Numbered from the stretch's first letter, positions 43,232 through 53,675 are shown. The stretch: DNA of 64,000 nucleotides from Candidatus Omnitrophota bacterium (GCA_030650425.1 JAUSED010000009.1:223002-287001), one strand, 5' to 3'. Made by a program: numbers and translations. The notes: a model not told the origin generated them from the sequence alone.

Positions 43232-44190
43232 TTTACGGCTAACTTGATTGCGGCAATTAAGGAGCTGGGATCGGCTAATTGGGGGCTTTTAGCTATGTCA
43301 AAGGCCGTTCCATGCAAAGGAGAAGTCCTGACAAAAGGCAGGCCCAGGGTCAAATTTACCCCGCTATCAAATCCGGTAAGTTTCAAAGGTATGAGCGCCT
43401 GGTCGTGGTACATAGCGATAACGCAATCATATTTTCCCCTGCTTGCTTCAAGAATAGCTACGTCGCTGGAAAACGGGCCGTCAATCTGTCCGTCAATACT
43501 GCGTTTTATCTTTTTCAGGGCAGGCTTGAGAATCAAAAGCTCTTCATTACCGATTATACCATGGTCAGAGGCGTGTGGATTGACTCCGCAAAGAACAATC
43601 CGCGGTTTTTTTATTCCAAAAAAATCCACCAGTGATTTATAAGTGATAAGGATGTTTTCGCGCAACCCGGCCTTGTTGAGAGCCCGGGAAACCTTGTTTA
43701 AAGGTATATGCCGGGTAACCAAGCTAAACTTCAGCTTGTCATTAAGCAACATCATCACTACACCGGCTGAACCGGTTTTTTTAAGAAAATATTCGGTATG
43801 GCCTCCATACTTAAAACCGGCGCCAGCTATAGCTTCTTTTGATATAGGCGCAGTCACTAAACAATCGATCTCTTTATTGCTTAATAATTCTAACGCCTTA
43901 TCCAAATATTCAATAGACGCCCTTCCATATTCAGCCTTAATTATTCCAAATGAAAATTTTTTGTGATTAACATTATTCGAATCAACGAATCTGGCTTCTG
44001 GTTTCTGATTTCTGATTTCTGGTATTCGGCTTAAAACCCAACTATCCCCAATAACCACAAAATCAGCTAGCCCGGATAATTTATTGATTGCTTTCAATAC
44101 AATTACCGGACCGATCCCCGATGGGTCGCCGATAGTTAGTCCGACTTTAATCCTGGTTGATTTTGATATAAGATTGGTTTTTAAGCTCAT
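43204..44190 (-). CDS. pdxA: 4-hydroxythreonine-4-phosphate dehydrogenase
   Basis: TIGDPSGIGP, TAPISKE, GHTE, NPHA, MYHDQ, RTSPLHGTAFDIA. Confidence 0.94.
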   Translation of the reverse strand: MSLKTNLISKSTRIKVGLTIGDPSGIGPVIVLKAINKLSGLADFVVIGDSWVLSRIPEIRNQKPEARFVDSNNVNHKKFSFGIIKAEYGRASIEYLDKALELLSNKEIDCLVTAPISKEAIAGAGFKYGGHTEYFLKKTGSAGVVMMLLNDKLKFSLVTRHIPLNKVSRALNKAGLRENILITYKSLVDFFGIKKPRIVLCGVNPHASDHGIIGNEELLILKPALKKIKRSIDGQIDGPFSSDVAILEASRGKYDCVIAMYHDQALIPLKLTGFDSGVNLTLGLPFVRTSPLHGTAFDIAKSPQLADPSSLIAAIKLAVKCASQLKRA

Positions 44191-45079
44191 CTATCCACTT
44201 AGCCATCTCTTCCTGCATTTTCTTTTCAAACAAAAAACTTTGGATTTTATACTGGACTTCGTTAAGAGAAAGCTGCTTAGGAGGAATTATATTGATAAGC
44301 CTAAAGACATAGTATTTGTCATCCATCTTAACCACATCCGAGACTTCATTCACAGCAAGCTTAAAGACCGTTTCTTCAATCTCTTTTTTTAAGTCTTCCC
44401 CCTGGGCTACGCTTAGCTGATTAGCCGTAAAAGGATATCTTGCCGCTAAATCCTCCGGGGTCTTGCCGATCTTTAAATTATAAGCAAAGCTATCAGCTAA
44501 ATCTTCATTATCAAGAGCAAAGGCAATAAACTCCCTTTCTTCACCGGGAGAGAAATCTTTTTTATTATTTTCATAAAAGCTGGTTACTTCATCAGGCCTA
44601 ACGCTGATTTTACTGCGCACCTTTTGCTCCACAATTGCGTACATGAGAAACTGTTCTCTTACCTTATTCTCAATATCAGCCTGAGTAAGGCCCTGGCCCA
44701 TCAATTCTGCCTGAAAGGCGCTATCTGAATCGTAGCGCTTTCTTATCTCATTCACCTTAGCCCTTACCCTTGCCTCATCCAGAATGATTTTTTCTTTTTT
44801 TGCCTCCTGCAGGATAAGCTTGTCTTCAATAAGCCGGCTTAATAAATCTGTTTTTATAGAAGCGAGCTTATTTTCGAGCGCTTTACCTTTATATTCCCGG
44901 GCCAGCTGCATAGTCATAAAGTGAAGAAAATCATCCAAATCTTTCTGGGTAATCACCTCGTTATTTACAATAGCCGCTATTTTATCTTCCGCGTAAAGAG
45001 AATGAGTAGCAAATAATAAGCAGAATATAGGTAAGAAAATGAATAAGGGTAAAAACTTTAAACTAATTATGCGCCTCAT
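44147..45079 (-). CDS. SurA-like periplasmic chaperone/parvulin PPIase
   Basis: Signal peptide, DKIAAIVNNEVIT SurA N-domain, divergent parvulin domain; surA-pdxA-rsmA synteny. Confidence 0.8.
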   Translation of the reverse strand: MRRIISLKFLPLFIFLPIFCLLFATHSLYAEDKIAAIVNNEVITQKDLDDFLHFMTMQLAREYKGKALENKLASIKTDLLSRLIEDKLILQEAKKEKIILDEARVRAKVNEIRKRYDSDSAFQAELMGQGLTQADIENKVREQFLMYAIVEQKVRSKISVRPDEVTSFYENNKKDFSPGEEREFIAFALDNEDLADSFAYNLKIGKTPEDLAARYPFTANQLSVAQGEDLKKEIEETVFKLAVNEVSDVVKMDDKYYVFRLINIIPPKQLSLNEVQYKIQSFLFEKKMQEEMAKWIDELKNQSYIKINQD

Positions 45080-46970
45080 TAAATACTCCCGTCTTCTTAA
45101 AAGTATCGATTGCGTCTCTTAATAGCCTGCAGTAGAGATCAAAACCCACCGCCAAGATAAAACCATGTTGCTCTAATCCCAGCAGATTCCCCGCTCCCCT
45201 GATCTCCAAGTCCTCCATAGCGATGTTAAATCCCGAGCCAAGCTCGGTATAATCCTGAATCGCGTTTAATCTCTTGCGGCTAGCCTTCTCCAATACCATA
45301 TTCTTGGGGATCATAAAATACGCGTAAGCAGAGCGGTTAAACCTTCCTACCCTTCCGCGCAACTGGTGCAAATCGGAGAGGCCGAACATATGCGCGTTAT
45401 TCACGATTATAGTATTGGCATTAGGAATATCGATCCCCGACTCAATAATCATTGTAGCGACTAGACAATCTACCTCACCTTTTAGGAAACGCTTCATCAC
45501 TTCTTCCAGCTGGCGGGGATGCATCTGGCCGTGCCCTATTTCCAAACGCACATTTTTAGGTAAATTTTTGGCGAGCCTCTCGCTTACCTTCTCAATATCC
45601 TCTACGAAGTTATGCAGAAAAAAAACCTGCCCCTTCCTTGATATTTCCCTTAAGATGGCCTGACGCACCAGATCTTCGTCATATTCTACCACAATCGTCT
45701 TGATAGGCAACCTATTTTGCGGAGGAGTATTGATTACGGATAACTCGCGCGCTCCCATTAAACTCATATAGAGGGTTCGGGGTATGGGGGTCGCAGTCAA
45801 GGCAAGTATATTTGTAGTGAGCCTTAACTTTTTTAGCTTCTCCTTATGCTTTACCCCGAAACGCTGCTCTTCGTCAATAATCACCAAGCCTAAGTCCTTA
45901 AAAGAGACGTCGTCTGATAAAAGCCTGTGTGTACCGATGACAATATCAACAGAACCGTCTTTTAGGCGTGCGATCACTTCCTTCTGTTCGCTCTGCGTCC
46001 TAAAACGGCAGAGCAGTTGGATATTTAAAGGAAACTCCTTTAAGCGGCTGCTAAAATTCTGATAATGCTGCTCGGCTAAAATTGTCGTAGGGACAAGGTA
46101 AGCAACCTGCCTACCATCCATTATCGTCTTAAAGGCAGCGCGCATAGCCACCTCCGTCTTACCGTAGCCCACATCTCCACAGAGCAATCTATCCATCAGC
46201 CTGCCGGATTCCATATCCTGTTTTACGTCCGATGTAGCGGTTAGCTGATCCGGTGTTTCAGTATAAGGAAAACTCTCTTCGAATTTAACCTGCCAATCCG
46301 TATCCTTGGAATAAACAAAACCTTGAGAGCTAATTCTTATCGCCTGCAGGCTTAAGAGGTCCCAAGCCATCTTTTGGATCCCCTTAAGCGCCCTCTGTTT
46401 TACCCTCGACCATTCTTTCCCGCCGAGCCGATAGAGCTTTGGCCTGCGGGTATGAAAGGCAATATATTTCTGCACCAAATGCATGGATTCAACCGGAAGA
46501 TAAAGCTTTTCCTGACGGTCGTATTCGATAACCAGATGGTCCTTAGGCTTATCCTTTACCTTTATTTTCTGAAGCCCAAAGAATCTGCCTATGCCGTGTT
46601 GATTATGCACGACATAATCTCCGATATTCAAATCCAGAAAACTGGATAACGGAAAGTCTTCGGTAATAGGAGTAGTCTTCAAGGAGGAGCGCTTAGCAAT
46701 AGGCAGAATAATCACCATCCGGTGTTCCCAGAGAGGCTCCCCTGTGGAAGGGTTAAAAGTTTTGATTGAGGATATGATATTATTATTTAATTCGATACGA
46801 ATGGGGAGTTCAAAGGAATTGGGGAAAATATCCGTGATCGCGCCGCGGCGGGAAAAATCTCCTTCCGTTAAAACAGCATCCTGCCTTTTATAACCAAATT
46901 CAACCAGACCGCTGGAGAGCCTTTCTAAATCAATCTCTTGGCCGGAATAGATTTTCAGGGATTTAAACAT
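45063..46970 (-). CDS. mfd: Transcription-repair coupling factor, short form (635 aa)
   Basis: GDFSRRGAITDIFP (D2), GDYVVHNQHGIGRF (RID), CGDVGYGKTEVA, IIDEEQRFG, QLRGRVGR, DLEIRGAGNLLG. Confidence 0.92.
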   Translation of the reverse strand: MFKSLKIYSGQEIDLERLSSGLVEFGYKRQDAVLTEGDFSRRGAITDIFPNSFELPIRIELNNNIISSIKTFNPSTGEPLWEHRMVIILPIAKRSSLKTTPITEDFPLSSFLDLNIGDYVVHNQHGIGRFFGLQKIKVKDKPKDHLVIEYDRQEKLYLPVESMHLVQKYIAFHTRRPKLYRLGGKEWSRVKQRALKGIQKMAWDLLSLQAIRISSQGFVYSKDTDWQVKFEESFPYTETPDQLTATSDVKQDMESGRLMDRLLCGDVGYGKTEVAMRAAFKTIMDGRQVAYLVPTTILAEQHYQNFSSRLKEFPLNIQLLCRFRTQSEQKEVIARLKDGSVDIVIGTHRLLSDDVSFKDLGLVIIDEEQRFGVKHKEKLKKLRLTTNILALTATPIPRTLYMSLMGARELSVINTPPQNRLPIKTIVVEYDEDLVRQAILREISRKGQVFFLHNFVEDIEKVSERLAKNLPKNVRLEIGHGQMHPRQLEEVMKRFLKGEVDCLVATMIIESGIDIPNANTIIVNNAHMFGLSDLHQLRGRVGRFNRSAYAYFMIPKNMVLEKASRKRLNAIQDYTELGSGFNIAMEDLEIRGAGNLLGLEQHGFILAVGFDLYCRLLRDAIDTFKKTGVFNEAHN

Positions 46971-47055
46971 TGATATACTTAAATATTACATATTAGGCAA
47001 GGGTAAAGATATGAGGTTTTTTATACCCTTACCTTGTACTTCTCTACTTTATTTT

Positions 47056-49260
47056 CTATTTGGGGCGCTTGCGGCCCCAGGCAAGGACTAATGGCGAAGC
47101 AATATAAACCGTAGAGTATATGCCTGAAATAAAACCTATCAACAAAGCAAAAGCAAAATTATTCAACACTTCTCCTCCAAAAAATAGAATGGCGAGAACG
47201 ACTAATAAGGTCACTCCTGAAGTAAGTATTGTTCTTGAAAGCGTCTGGTTCACGCTTAAATTAATCAACTCATAGAGGCTGTATTTTTGGTAAAGCCGCG
47301 CATTCTCCCTAACCCGGTCATAAATGACAATCGTATCATTAATCGAATAACCGGCGATGGTCAAAAACGCGGTAATGCTTAAAAGGTCAATCGGCCTTCC
47401 TGTAACCGCTAAAAATCCTAAAGTTACTAATACGTCGTGGATAAGGGCGATTACGCCGGCAATAGCGAAATTAAAATGTTTAAACCTGAAAGTGACATAA
47501 ATAAGTATGATGATTAACGACCAGGCCAGGGCCCAGAGAGCCTTTTCTTTTAAATGCTTTCCGGCAATTGGGCCAACGCGCTCAATCCTTAAAATTTGAA
47601 TATCTTGCCCGGGAAAGGCTTCTTTTAATTTTACGGTCAGGACTTCGCTTTTGTCTTCGCTGGTGCGAATTAAAACCGCCTTAGGATTTTCCTTGAACTG
47701 TTGAATAGAGGCATCACCTAATCCTATTTCCTTTAAAACTTTGCGCACCTGGTCTATGTCAGGGGCTTCTTTAAAACTATATTCCTGCATCTGGCCTCCG
47801 GCAAAATCAATGCCGTAGGCGCTGTTTCCTTTCTTAAAATATGCCGCTAAGCCGATGATAATAATCACAAGGGAAATGGCGTAAAAAATTTTGCGCTTGC
47901 TGATAAAATCGATTTTAGTCTGGCCGATTAACTTAAGCATAGGGAGCGAATTCTTAAGCCAGCCTAAGCTTAACAAAACTTCAAAGATAGTGCGCGTAAC
48001 CACTATCGCGGTAAACATACTCGCGATTAAGCCTATGGTTAAGGTTACGCCAAAACCCTTTATCGAGCCTGTCCCAAGCCAGATTAAAATAATCGCCGCA
48101 AAAAGAGTAGTAAGATTAGAATCAAAAATCGCGCTAAAGGCTTTAGAATAACCGTTAGCTATGGCAGCGCGCAAGTTCCTTCCAAGGCTTAATTCTTCGC
48201 GGATGCGTTCGTTAATCAGAACGTTGGCGTCTACGGCCATACCTAAAGATAAAACCATGCCGGCTATACCGGGTAAAGTTAAAGTAGCGGAAAATTCAGG
48301 TAATAAATACGGTAGCAGGCCTAAGGTGCCTAAAATCATAAATAAGTTAAACAAAAGCGCGACATTCGCGATCAATCCGGCCAGAAGATAATAAACAGCC
48401 ATAAAAATAAAAACAAAGATCCCGCCGATTATGGTTGCTTTTACACCCTTATTTATGGAATCCTGCCCCAACAACGGCCCAATGGTCCGCTCCTCTTCAA
48501 TATAAAGCGGCGCAGGAAGCGCGCCTGACCTCAATACGTTAGCCAGGTCTTGAGCCTGTTCAACGCTAAAGCGGCCTGTGATCACCGCTTCTCCCGATGG
48601 AATAGCTTCCCGGATATTCGGGGCAGACTGAATCTTGCCGTCTAAAACTATGGCCAATCTTTTTCCCACGTTAGCAGCGGTTATCTCAGCAAACTTCTTG
48701 GCTCCTTCGGAATTAAAACGAAGCGACACCACTGGTTCATTAAATTCACTCTGGCTAAAGCGCACTTCGGCATCAGTTAAAGCCTCTCCTATCAAAGACG
48801 CGTTTTTCTCCACTAAAATCGGCGTATTATCATCCTGGGTGTATTTTAATTCATAACCTTCGGGAATTTTTCCGGCTAAGGCCTCTTTTAATTTATCCGG
48901 ATCAGAAGAAACTAATTTAAATTCAAGCAGGGCAACTTTACCGATCAGCTCTCTTGCGCGCTCCCTGTCTGTAAAACCCGGCAGCTCTACTACAATCTCA
49001 TCTAGGCCGTGTTTTTGAATTAATGCTTCGCGCACCCCATAACTGTCTATCCTTTTCCTGATAACCTCTATCGCGCGGTCAGCCGCGTCTTCTTTGGCCT
49101 TTTCCGGTATCTTTCCTGTATCAACTTTAAGCAAAAGATGCATCCCGCCCTTTAAGTCCAGCCCGAGATTAATCCTTTTATCTAACGGAAAGGTAAAAAA
49201 TAAGCATACTCCCAAAATTACCAGTATAAAAATAGATTTGTAAATAACCCTTTTTTCCAT
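47056..49260 (-). CDS. secDF: SecD-SecF fusion protein
   Basis: LGLDLKGG, GMAVDANVLINERIREE, GIDFAGG, GYSINDTIVIYDRVRE. Confidence 0.96.
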   Translation of the reverse strand: MEKRVIYKSIFILVILGVCLFFTFPLDKRINLGLDLKGGMHLLLKVDTGKIPEKAKEDAADRAIEVIRKRIDSYGVREALIQKHGLDEIVVELPGFTDRERARELIGKVALLEFKLVSSDPDKLKEALAGKIPEGYELKYTQDDNTPILVEKNASLIGEALTDAEVRFSQSEFNEPVVSLRFNSEGAKKFAEITAANVGKRLAIVLDGKIQSAPNIREAIPSGEAVITGRFSVEQAQDLANVLRSGALPAPLYIEEERTIGPLLGQDSINKGVKATIIGGIFVFIFMAVYYLLAGLIANVALLFNLFMILGTLGLLPYLLPEFSATLTLPGIAGMVLSLGMAVDANVLINERIREELSLGRNLRAAIANGYSKAFSAIFDSNLTTLFAAIILIWLGTGSIKGFGVTLTIGLIASMFTAIVVTRTIFEVLLSLGWLKNSLPMLKLIGQTKIDFISKRKIFYAISLVIIIIGLAAYFKKGNSAYGIDFAGGQMQEYSFKEAPDIDQVRKVLKEIGLGDASIQQFKENPKAVLIRTSEDKSEVLTVKLKEAFPGQDIQILRIERVGPIAGKHLKEKALWALAWSLIIILIYVTFRFKHFNFAIAGVIALIHDVLVTLGFLAVTGRPIDLLSITAFLTIAGYSINDTIVIYDRVRENARLYQKYSLYELINLSVNQTLSRTILTSGVTLLVVLAILFFGGEVLNNFAFALLIGFISGIYSTVYIASPLVLAWGRKRPK

Positions 49261-49275
49261 TTCTACTATTTCTCC

Positions 49276-49566
49276 TTAGGCGACAGGATGTTGAGGTTTC
49301 TTAATGTAAGCAACGCAATTTCTCTCTAATTCAATTTTGACATTATCATCTATTCTTAAAGTAATTGTCTTTTCTTTCACGTTAACGATCGTACCGTGTA
49401 TCCCGTTTGAGGTGACTACTTCATCATTCTTATTCAGGCCTTTAAGCATCTTCTGCTGTTCTTTTTCTTTCTTCCTTTGCGGCCGGATAAGCATAAAATA
49501 AAAAATAACAAAAATAAGTACTAAAGGAACAAGGTTTCCTATTTGACTAATTGCTTGTGGTTGCAT
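49276..49566 (-). CDS. yajC: Preprotein translocase YajC (start corrected to MQPQ, after the AAGGAG SD)
   Basis: FYFMLIRPQRKK, DEVVTSNGIHG. Confidence 0.94.
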   Translation of the reverse strand: MQPQAISQIGNLVPLVLIFVIFYFMLIRPQRKKEKEQQKMLKGLNKNDEVVTSNGIHGTIVNVKEKTITLRIDDNVKIELERNCVAYIKKPQHPVA

Positions 49567-49804
49567 TTTTCTTCTCCTTCTTAATAAGGCTCTTGACGGT
49601 AGCTGAAGCCTGAGCTCCATTCTTAATCCAATATTGAATCCGCTCTGATTTTAGCTTTGCCTGACCGGTAGTGGGGGCATAAAAACCGAGCTCTTCAAGC
49701 ACCCTGCCGTCCCTCCCTGTGCGCTCATCATACGCGGCAACGCGAAAATGCGGCCTGCCTTTAGGGTTTTTACCGATTCTTCTCAAACGAATATGCACTG
49801 CCAT
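49547..49804 (-). CDS. rpsP: 30S ribosomal protein S16
   Basis: VHIRLRRIG, RDGRVLEELGFY, WIKNGAQAS.TV. Confidence 0.95.
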   Translation of the reverse strand: MAVHIRLRRIGKNPKGRPHFRVAAYDERTGRDGRVLEELGFYAPTTGQAKLKSERIQYWIKNGAQASATVKSLIKKEKKNATTSN

Positions 49805-49819
49805 TATCTTTCCTCCTTT

Positions 49820-49872
49820 AAATGAGCCCCGCCTTTGGCGGGGCGAATTTATCCCGCCGTAGGCGGGATCAC
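49820..49872 (+). repeat. Two-hairpin element (short variant) filling the trpE-rpsP spacer
   Basis: AAAT-GA-GCCCCGCC-TTT-GGCGGGGC-GA-ATTT plus ATCCCGCC-GTA-GGCGGGAT-CAC. Confidence 0.9.
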
Positions 49873-49873
49873 T

Positions 49874-51355
49874 TCACTTGACGATTGCTTCCATTAATGC
49901 CGCTGCTTTATTAACGGTCTCAAAATATTCTTTTTCCGGGATTGAATCCGCTACGATTCCGGCGCCTGCCTGAATATAGGCATACCTTCCTTTTATAAGG
50001 ATAGTCCTGATCGTAATACAGGTATCCAGATTATGCGAAAAACTAAAATAACCGACACACCCGGCGTAAGGGCCGCGCCGCGTATTCTCCAATTCGTCGA
50101 TGATCTCCATAGCGCGGATCTTGGGGCTTCCGGAAACTGTCCCCGCTGGAAAGGTTGCTCTCAATACATCATAAATATCATAACGTTTATTGTCAAGCCT
50201 TCCTTTTACATCGCTCACCAGATGCATCACATGCGAGTATTTCTCCACATTCATAAATTCATCTACTTCTACTGTTCCGATACGGCTCACCCTCCCTAAA
50301 TCATTTCTCCCTAAATCTACCAACATAAGATGCTCGGCTCTTTCTTTTTTATCGTTAATCAATTCCTTCGCCAGCTTCTCATCTTCCTTTTCGTCTTTTC
50401 CGCGCGAGCGCGTCCCGGCAATCGGCCGGGTCTCGATAAGTCCATCCTCACAGCGCACCAGCATTTCAGGAGAAGCTCCAACTAGATACATATCCTTTAA
50501 CTGCAGAAAATACATATAAGGAGAGGGATTGAGGCTGCGAAGGCTGCGATAAATCATAAATGGCTCTTTATCCGTAACCAGCTTAAAGCGCTGTGATGGA
50601 ACAACCTGAATAATATCCCCTTTTTTAATATATTTTTTAGCCTCCCTTACCGCATTCTCAAATTCGCTCTTCCTAAAATTAGAACTGAATTTTATTTTTT
50701 GAGCAGGCCTTTGGGCCTCATTCTCATTAAGCGATCTGTTAAAATCAGCCTGAATTGCTTCTATTCTTTTGACGGCTTTATCATAGAGAGCTCTCCTTCC
50801 AGCCGTAGAAAGCTTACCTTTAGGTAAAATTACATTACTGACAATCTTGATATTGTGGTTAACATGGTCAAAAACTAATAAGGTATCCGCCAGCATCCAG
50901 ACACTGTCAGGCACCTTAAGTTCGTCCGGATTTTTATCAGGTATATTTTCAAAGAACCTGACCGTATCATAACCTATATATCCAACCAGCCCGCCGCAGA
51001 AACGCGGCAGGCCTTTAACTTGCACACTTTTAAAATCCCGCATTATTTTTTTTATTTCATCGATTGGGGTAGCCTTCGTCACAAACCTCCGTGGGCTTCT
51101 TTTGGAAGGATAACTGATCTCAATATTTCGGCCCATGCTTTTAAATACAAGGCTGGGGTTACTCCCTAAAAATGAATAGCGGGCGATTTTCTCCTGGCCC
51201 TCTACGGATTCCAATAAGAAAGCGTAATTATCTTTATTCATTTTTAGAAAGGCAGAAACCGGGGTCTCAAGGTCGGCGTTGATTTCCTTATAGACAGGAA
51301 TAACATTGCCTTTCTTAGTGAGCTTAAAAAAATCTTTTAGCGAAGGATAGAACAT
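49874..51355 (-). CDS. trpE: Anthranilate synthase component I
   Basis: [42 protein letters not shown]. Confidence 0.92.
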   Translation of the reverse strand: MFYPSLKDFFKLTKKGNVIPVYKEINADLETPVSAFLKMNKDNYAFLLESVEGQEKIARYSFLGSNPSLVFKSMGRNIEISYPSKRSPRRFVTKATPIDEIKKIMRDFKSVQVKGLPRFCGGLVGYIGYDTVRFFENIPDKNPDELKVPDSVWMLADTLLVFDHVNHNIKIVSNVILPKGKLSTAGRRALYDKAVKRIEAIQADFNRSLNENEAQRPAQKIKFSSNFRKSEFENAVREAKKYIKKGDIIQVVPSQRFKLVTDKEPFMIYRSLRSLNPSPYMYFLQLKDMYLVGASPEMLVRCEDGLIETRPIAGTRSRGKDEKEDEKLAKELINDKKERAEHLMLVDLGRNDLGRVSRIGTVEVDEFMNVEKYSHVMHLVSDVKGRLDNKRYDIYDVLRATFPAGTVSGSPKIRAMEIIDELENTRRGPYAGCVGYFSFSHNLDTCITIRTILIKGRYAYIQAGAGIVADSIPEKEYFETVNKAAALMEAIVK

Positions 51356-51684
51356 AGTCTCCTATAAAAACAACTCTTATTCCCTGTGTGGCAGGCCACC
51401 CCCACCTGCCTAACCTTAATCAGAATCGCGTCCATGTCACAGTCATAGTCAATAGATTTAACGAATTGAAAATGGCCGGAAGTCATGCCTTTAACCCAAT
51501 ATTCTTTTCGAGAACGAGACCAAAAACAAGTTTTACCGGATTTTATAGTTCGGCGCAGTGACTCTTTGTTCATATAAGCAAGCATTAGAACTTCACCGGT
51601 CTTATAATCCTGCACTACTGCCGGGAGTAATCCGTTTTTATCGAACTTAAAATCATTTAAATTAACCTTCGTCTCCTCGATCAT
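51337..51684 (-). CDS. hisI: Phosphoribosyl-AMP cyclohydrolase (monofunctional)
   Basis: [35 protein letters not shown]. Confidence 0.95.
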   Translation of the reverse strand: MIEETKVNLNDFKFDKNGLLPAVVQDYKTGEVLMLAYMNKESLRRTIKSGKTCFWSRSRKEYWVKGMTSGHFQFVKSIDYDCDMDAILIKVRQVGVACHTGNKSCFYRRLCSILR

Positions 51685-52469
51685 AATCTAACCGGAATCC
51701 CCTTCTCTTTTAAATACTTTTTTACCTGTTTTATAGTATAAACCCCATAATGAAAAAGCGAAGCTGCTAAGGCCGCATCAGCCCCTGTATTAGCAAAACA
51801 ATCATAAAAATGTTCTAATTTTCCCGCTCCACCTGAAGCAATCACCGGTATGCTTACAGCCTTACAAATCATGTTAGTTAAATCCAAATCATAACCGTCT
51901 TTAGTGCCGTCATAATCCATACTCGTTAAAAGAATCTCTCCGGCGCCTGATTCCGCGCCCTTGCTTGCCCACTCAAGAGCGTCTAGACCTGTAGGCGTCC
52001 TGCCGCCGTTAATATAAACCTCCCATTTTTTATCTTCTGTCTTCTGTCTTCTGCCTTCTGTCTTCTGGACTAACTTAGCATCAATAGCTAAAACAATACA
52101 CTGACTGCCGAATTTTTTGGCGGCATCTGAAATCAATTCCGGAAATTTTACAGCCTGCGTATTTATAGATACCTTTTCTGCTCCGGCGTTTAAGAGATTC
52201 CTTATGTCGGTTAAGTCCGCGATCCCTCCGCCGACAGTAAAAGGCATAAATATGTTCTTGGCAATTTTTTCTACCAGCTCGACAAGAGTTTTACGCTTTT
52301 GGACGCTGGCGGTAATATCCAAGAAAACCAATTCATCCGCGGCCTGGGCATCGTAAAGCTTGGCTACTTCAACAGGATCACCCGCGTCTTTTAGCCCTAA
52401 GAATTTTACTCCCTTGACTACCCGTCCATCTTGAATGTCCAGACAAGGGATAATACGTTTAGTTAACAT
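51681..52469 (-). CDS. hisF: IGP synthase cyclase subunit
   Basis: [37 protein letters not shown]. Confidence 0.97.
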   Translation of the reverse strand: MLTKRIIPCLDIQDGRVVKGVKFLGLKDAGDPVEVAKLYDAQAADELVFLDITASVQKRKTLVELVEKIAKNIFMPFTVGGGIADLTDIRNLLNAGAEKVSINTQAVKFPELISDAAKKFGSQCIVLAIDAKLVQKTEGRRQKTEDKKWEVYINGGRTPTGLDALEWASKGAESGAGEILLTSMDYDGTKDGYDLDLTNMICKAVSIPVIASGGAGKLEHFYDCFANTGADAALAASLFHYGVYTIKQVKKYLKEKGIPVRL

Positions 52470-52479
52470 TACTATAGTA

Positions 52480-52941
52480 CTATTTTGTTTTCTGTGTCAG
52501 GTATCCGCTTAATAAAGCCTGAGTTTTTTTGTTCGCCTTACCATTGGCTGTTAAATTATGCGCCTTTTGAAAAGCTCTAAGCGCGTCACGGGTCTGCTTA
52601 CCCATATGGCCGTCAATCTTTCCCGGATCAAAGCCCGCATTCCTTAAAGCGAGTTGAACCTCTTTATTGCTTAAATGATGCGGCCTTACTTCACTACCGG
52701 CCTTTTCCTTAACCTCCGTTACCGGTTCAACTTTTGGTTGTTCGTTCGCCTTATTTAAAGCATCCTGTAAACCACTAATCTCCTGATCTTTACTTTGAAT
52801 TTGCGATTCCAAAACCGAAATCTGATTCTTCAACCCTTGAACCTCCATATCTTTCTGTTTAACAGCGCCGCTTGTCGCGCATCCGGCCAGCGCTGCCGCG
52901 AATACAACTAAAAACAAGAAAACGAACACTTTCTTAAACAT
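52480..52941 (-). CDS. Lipoprotein with a coiled coil and a C-terminal peptidoglycan-binding (PG_binding_1) domain
   Basis: Lipobox LAG|C; [40 protein letters not shown]. Confidence 0.85.
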   Translation of the reverse strand: MFKKVFVFLFLVVFAAALAGCATSGAVKQKDMEVQGLKNQISVLESQIQSKDQEISGLQDALNKANEQPKVEPVTEVKEKAGSEVRPHHLSNKEVQLALRNAGFDPGKIDGHMGKQTRDALRAFQKAHNLTANGKANKKTQALLSGYLTQKTK

Positions 52942-52955
52942 ACCCTCCTCCTTGG

Positions 52956-53675
52956 TTAAGATACTTTTAAGGCCTGAGACAGAGTAAACCTCCCCTCATA
53001 CAAAGCCTTTCCCACAATGACCCCCTTTAAACCTTCTTTTTCTAACACCTTTAGTTTATATAAATCCTCTAAACTAGACACACCACCTGAGGCAATAATC
53101 TTTACCCCTGTTGTTTTTAAGAGTTTCTTTGTCCCTTGTATATTCGGCCCGGTCAGGGTACCATCTTTTAATGTATCGGTATAAATTATCTCGGAAAAAC
53201 CCAGTTCCTTTAAATAAAGGATGAATTCGCCTGCATCGGTATTTTTATAACCCGCCTTCCAACCACGCACCATAATCCTGCCGTTTTTGGCATCAACACC
53301 CACGATAATCCTATTTTTAAATTTCTTAAAAGCCTTGGCTAAGAATTTTTTATCTTCAACGGCTTTAGTTCCGAGAACGACCCGTTCTACTCCTGCCTCG
53401 AGCACATCCTCAATGGTCTCAATTTTTCTTACGCCTCCGCCAAATTCTACCGGTATTTTAACCTGCTTAACAATATCCTTGACTACGCCTAAATTTTTAG
53501 GTATACCGGTAAAAGCTCCATCCAAATCCACGATATGCAGGAATTTTGCCCCTTGGGTCACCCAATGTCTGGCAACTTTAAGCGGATCCTTGGAATAAAC
53601 CTTTTTATGGGATCTTCCCTGCACGAATCTCACTACGCAGCCGTCCTGTAAATCTATAGCCGGAATAATCAGCAT
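52956..53675 (-). CDS. hisA: ProFAR isomerase
   Basis: IIPAIDL, LHIVDLDGA, FGGGVR, DGTLTGPN, IASGGV. Confidence 0.96.
   Translation of the reverse strand: MLIIPAIDLQDGCVVRFVQGRSHKKVYSKDPLKVARHWVTQGAKFLHIVDLDGAFTGIPKNLGVVKDIVKQVKIPVEFGGGVRKIETIEDVLEAGVERVVLGTKAVEDKKFLAKAFKKFKNRIIVGVDAKNGRIMVRGWKAGYKNTDAGEFILYLKELGFSEIIYTDTLKDGTLTGPNIQGTKKLLKTTGVKIIASGGVSSLEDLYKLKVLEKEGLKGVIVGKALYEGRFTLSQALKVS

Noticed and set aside
45063-46970. mfd as a pseudogene or as recG
   Set aside because: The frame is intact with all motor motifs; the RID and D2 segments identify Mfd, and there are no leftover fragments on either side.
46995-47055. Terminator or heptamer array between secDF and mfd
   Set aside because: The imperfect hairpin (GGCAAGGGTA.../...TACCCTTACC) and weak period-7 signal are too degenerate to call.
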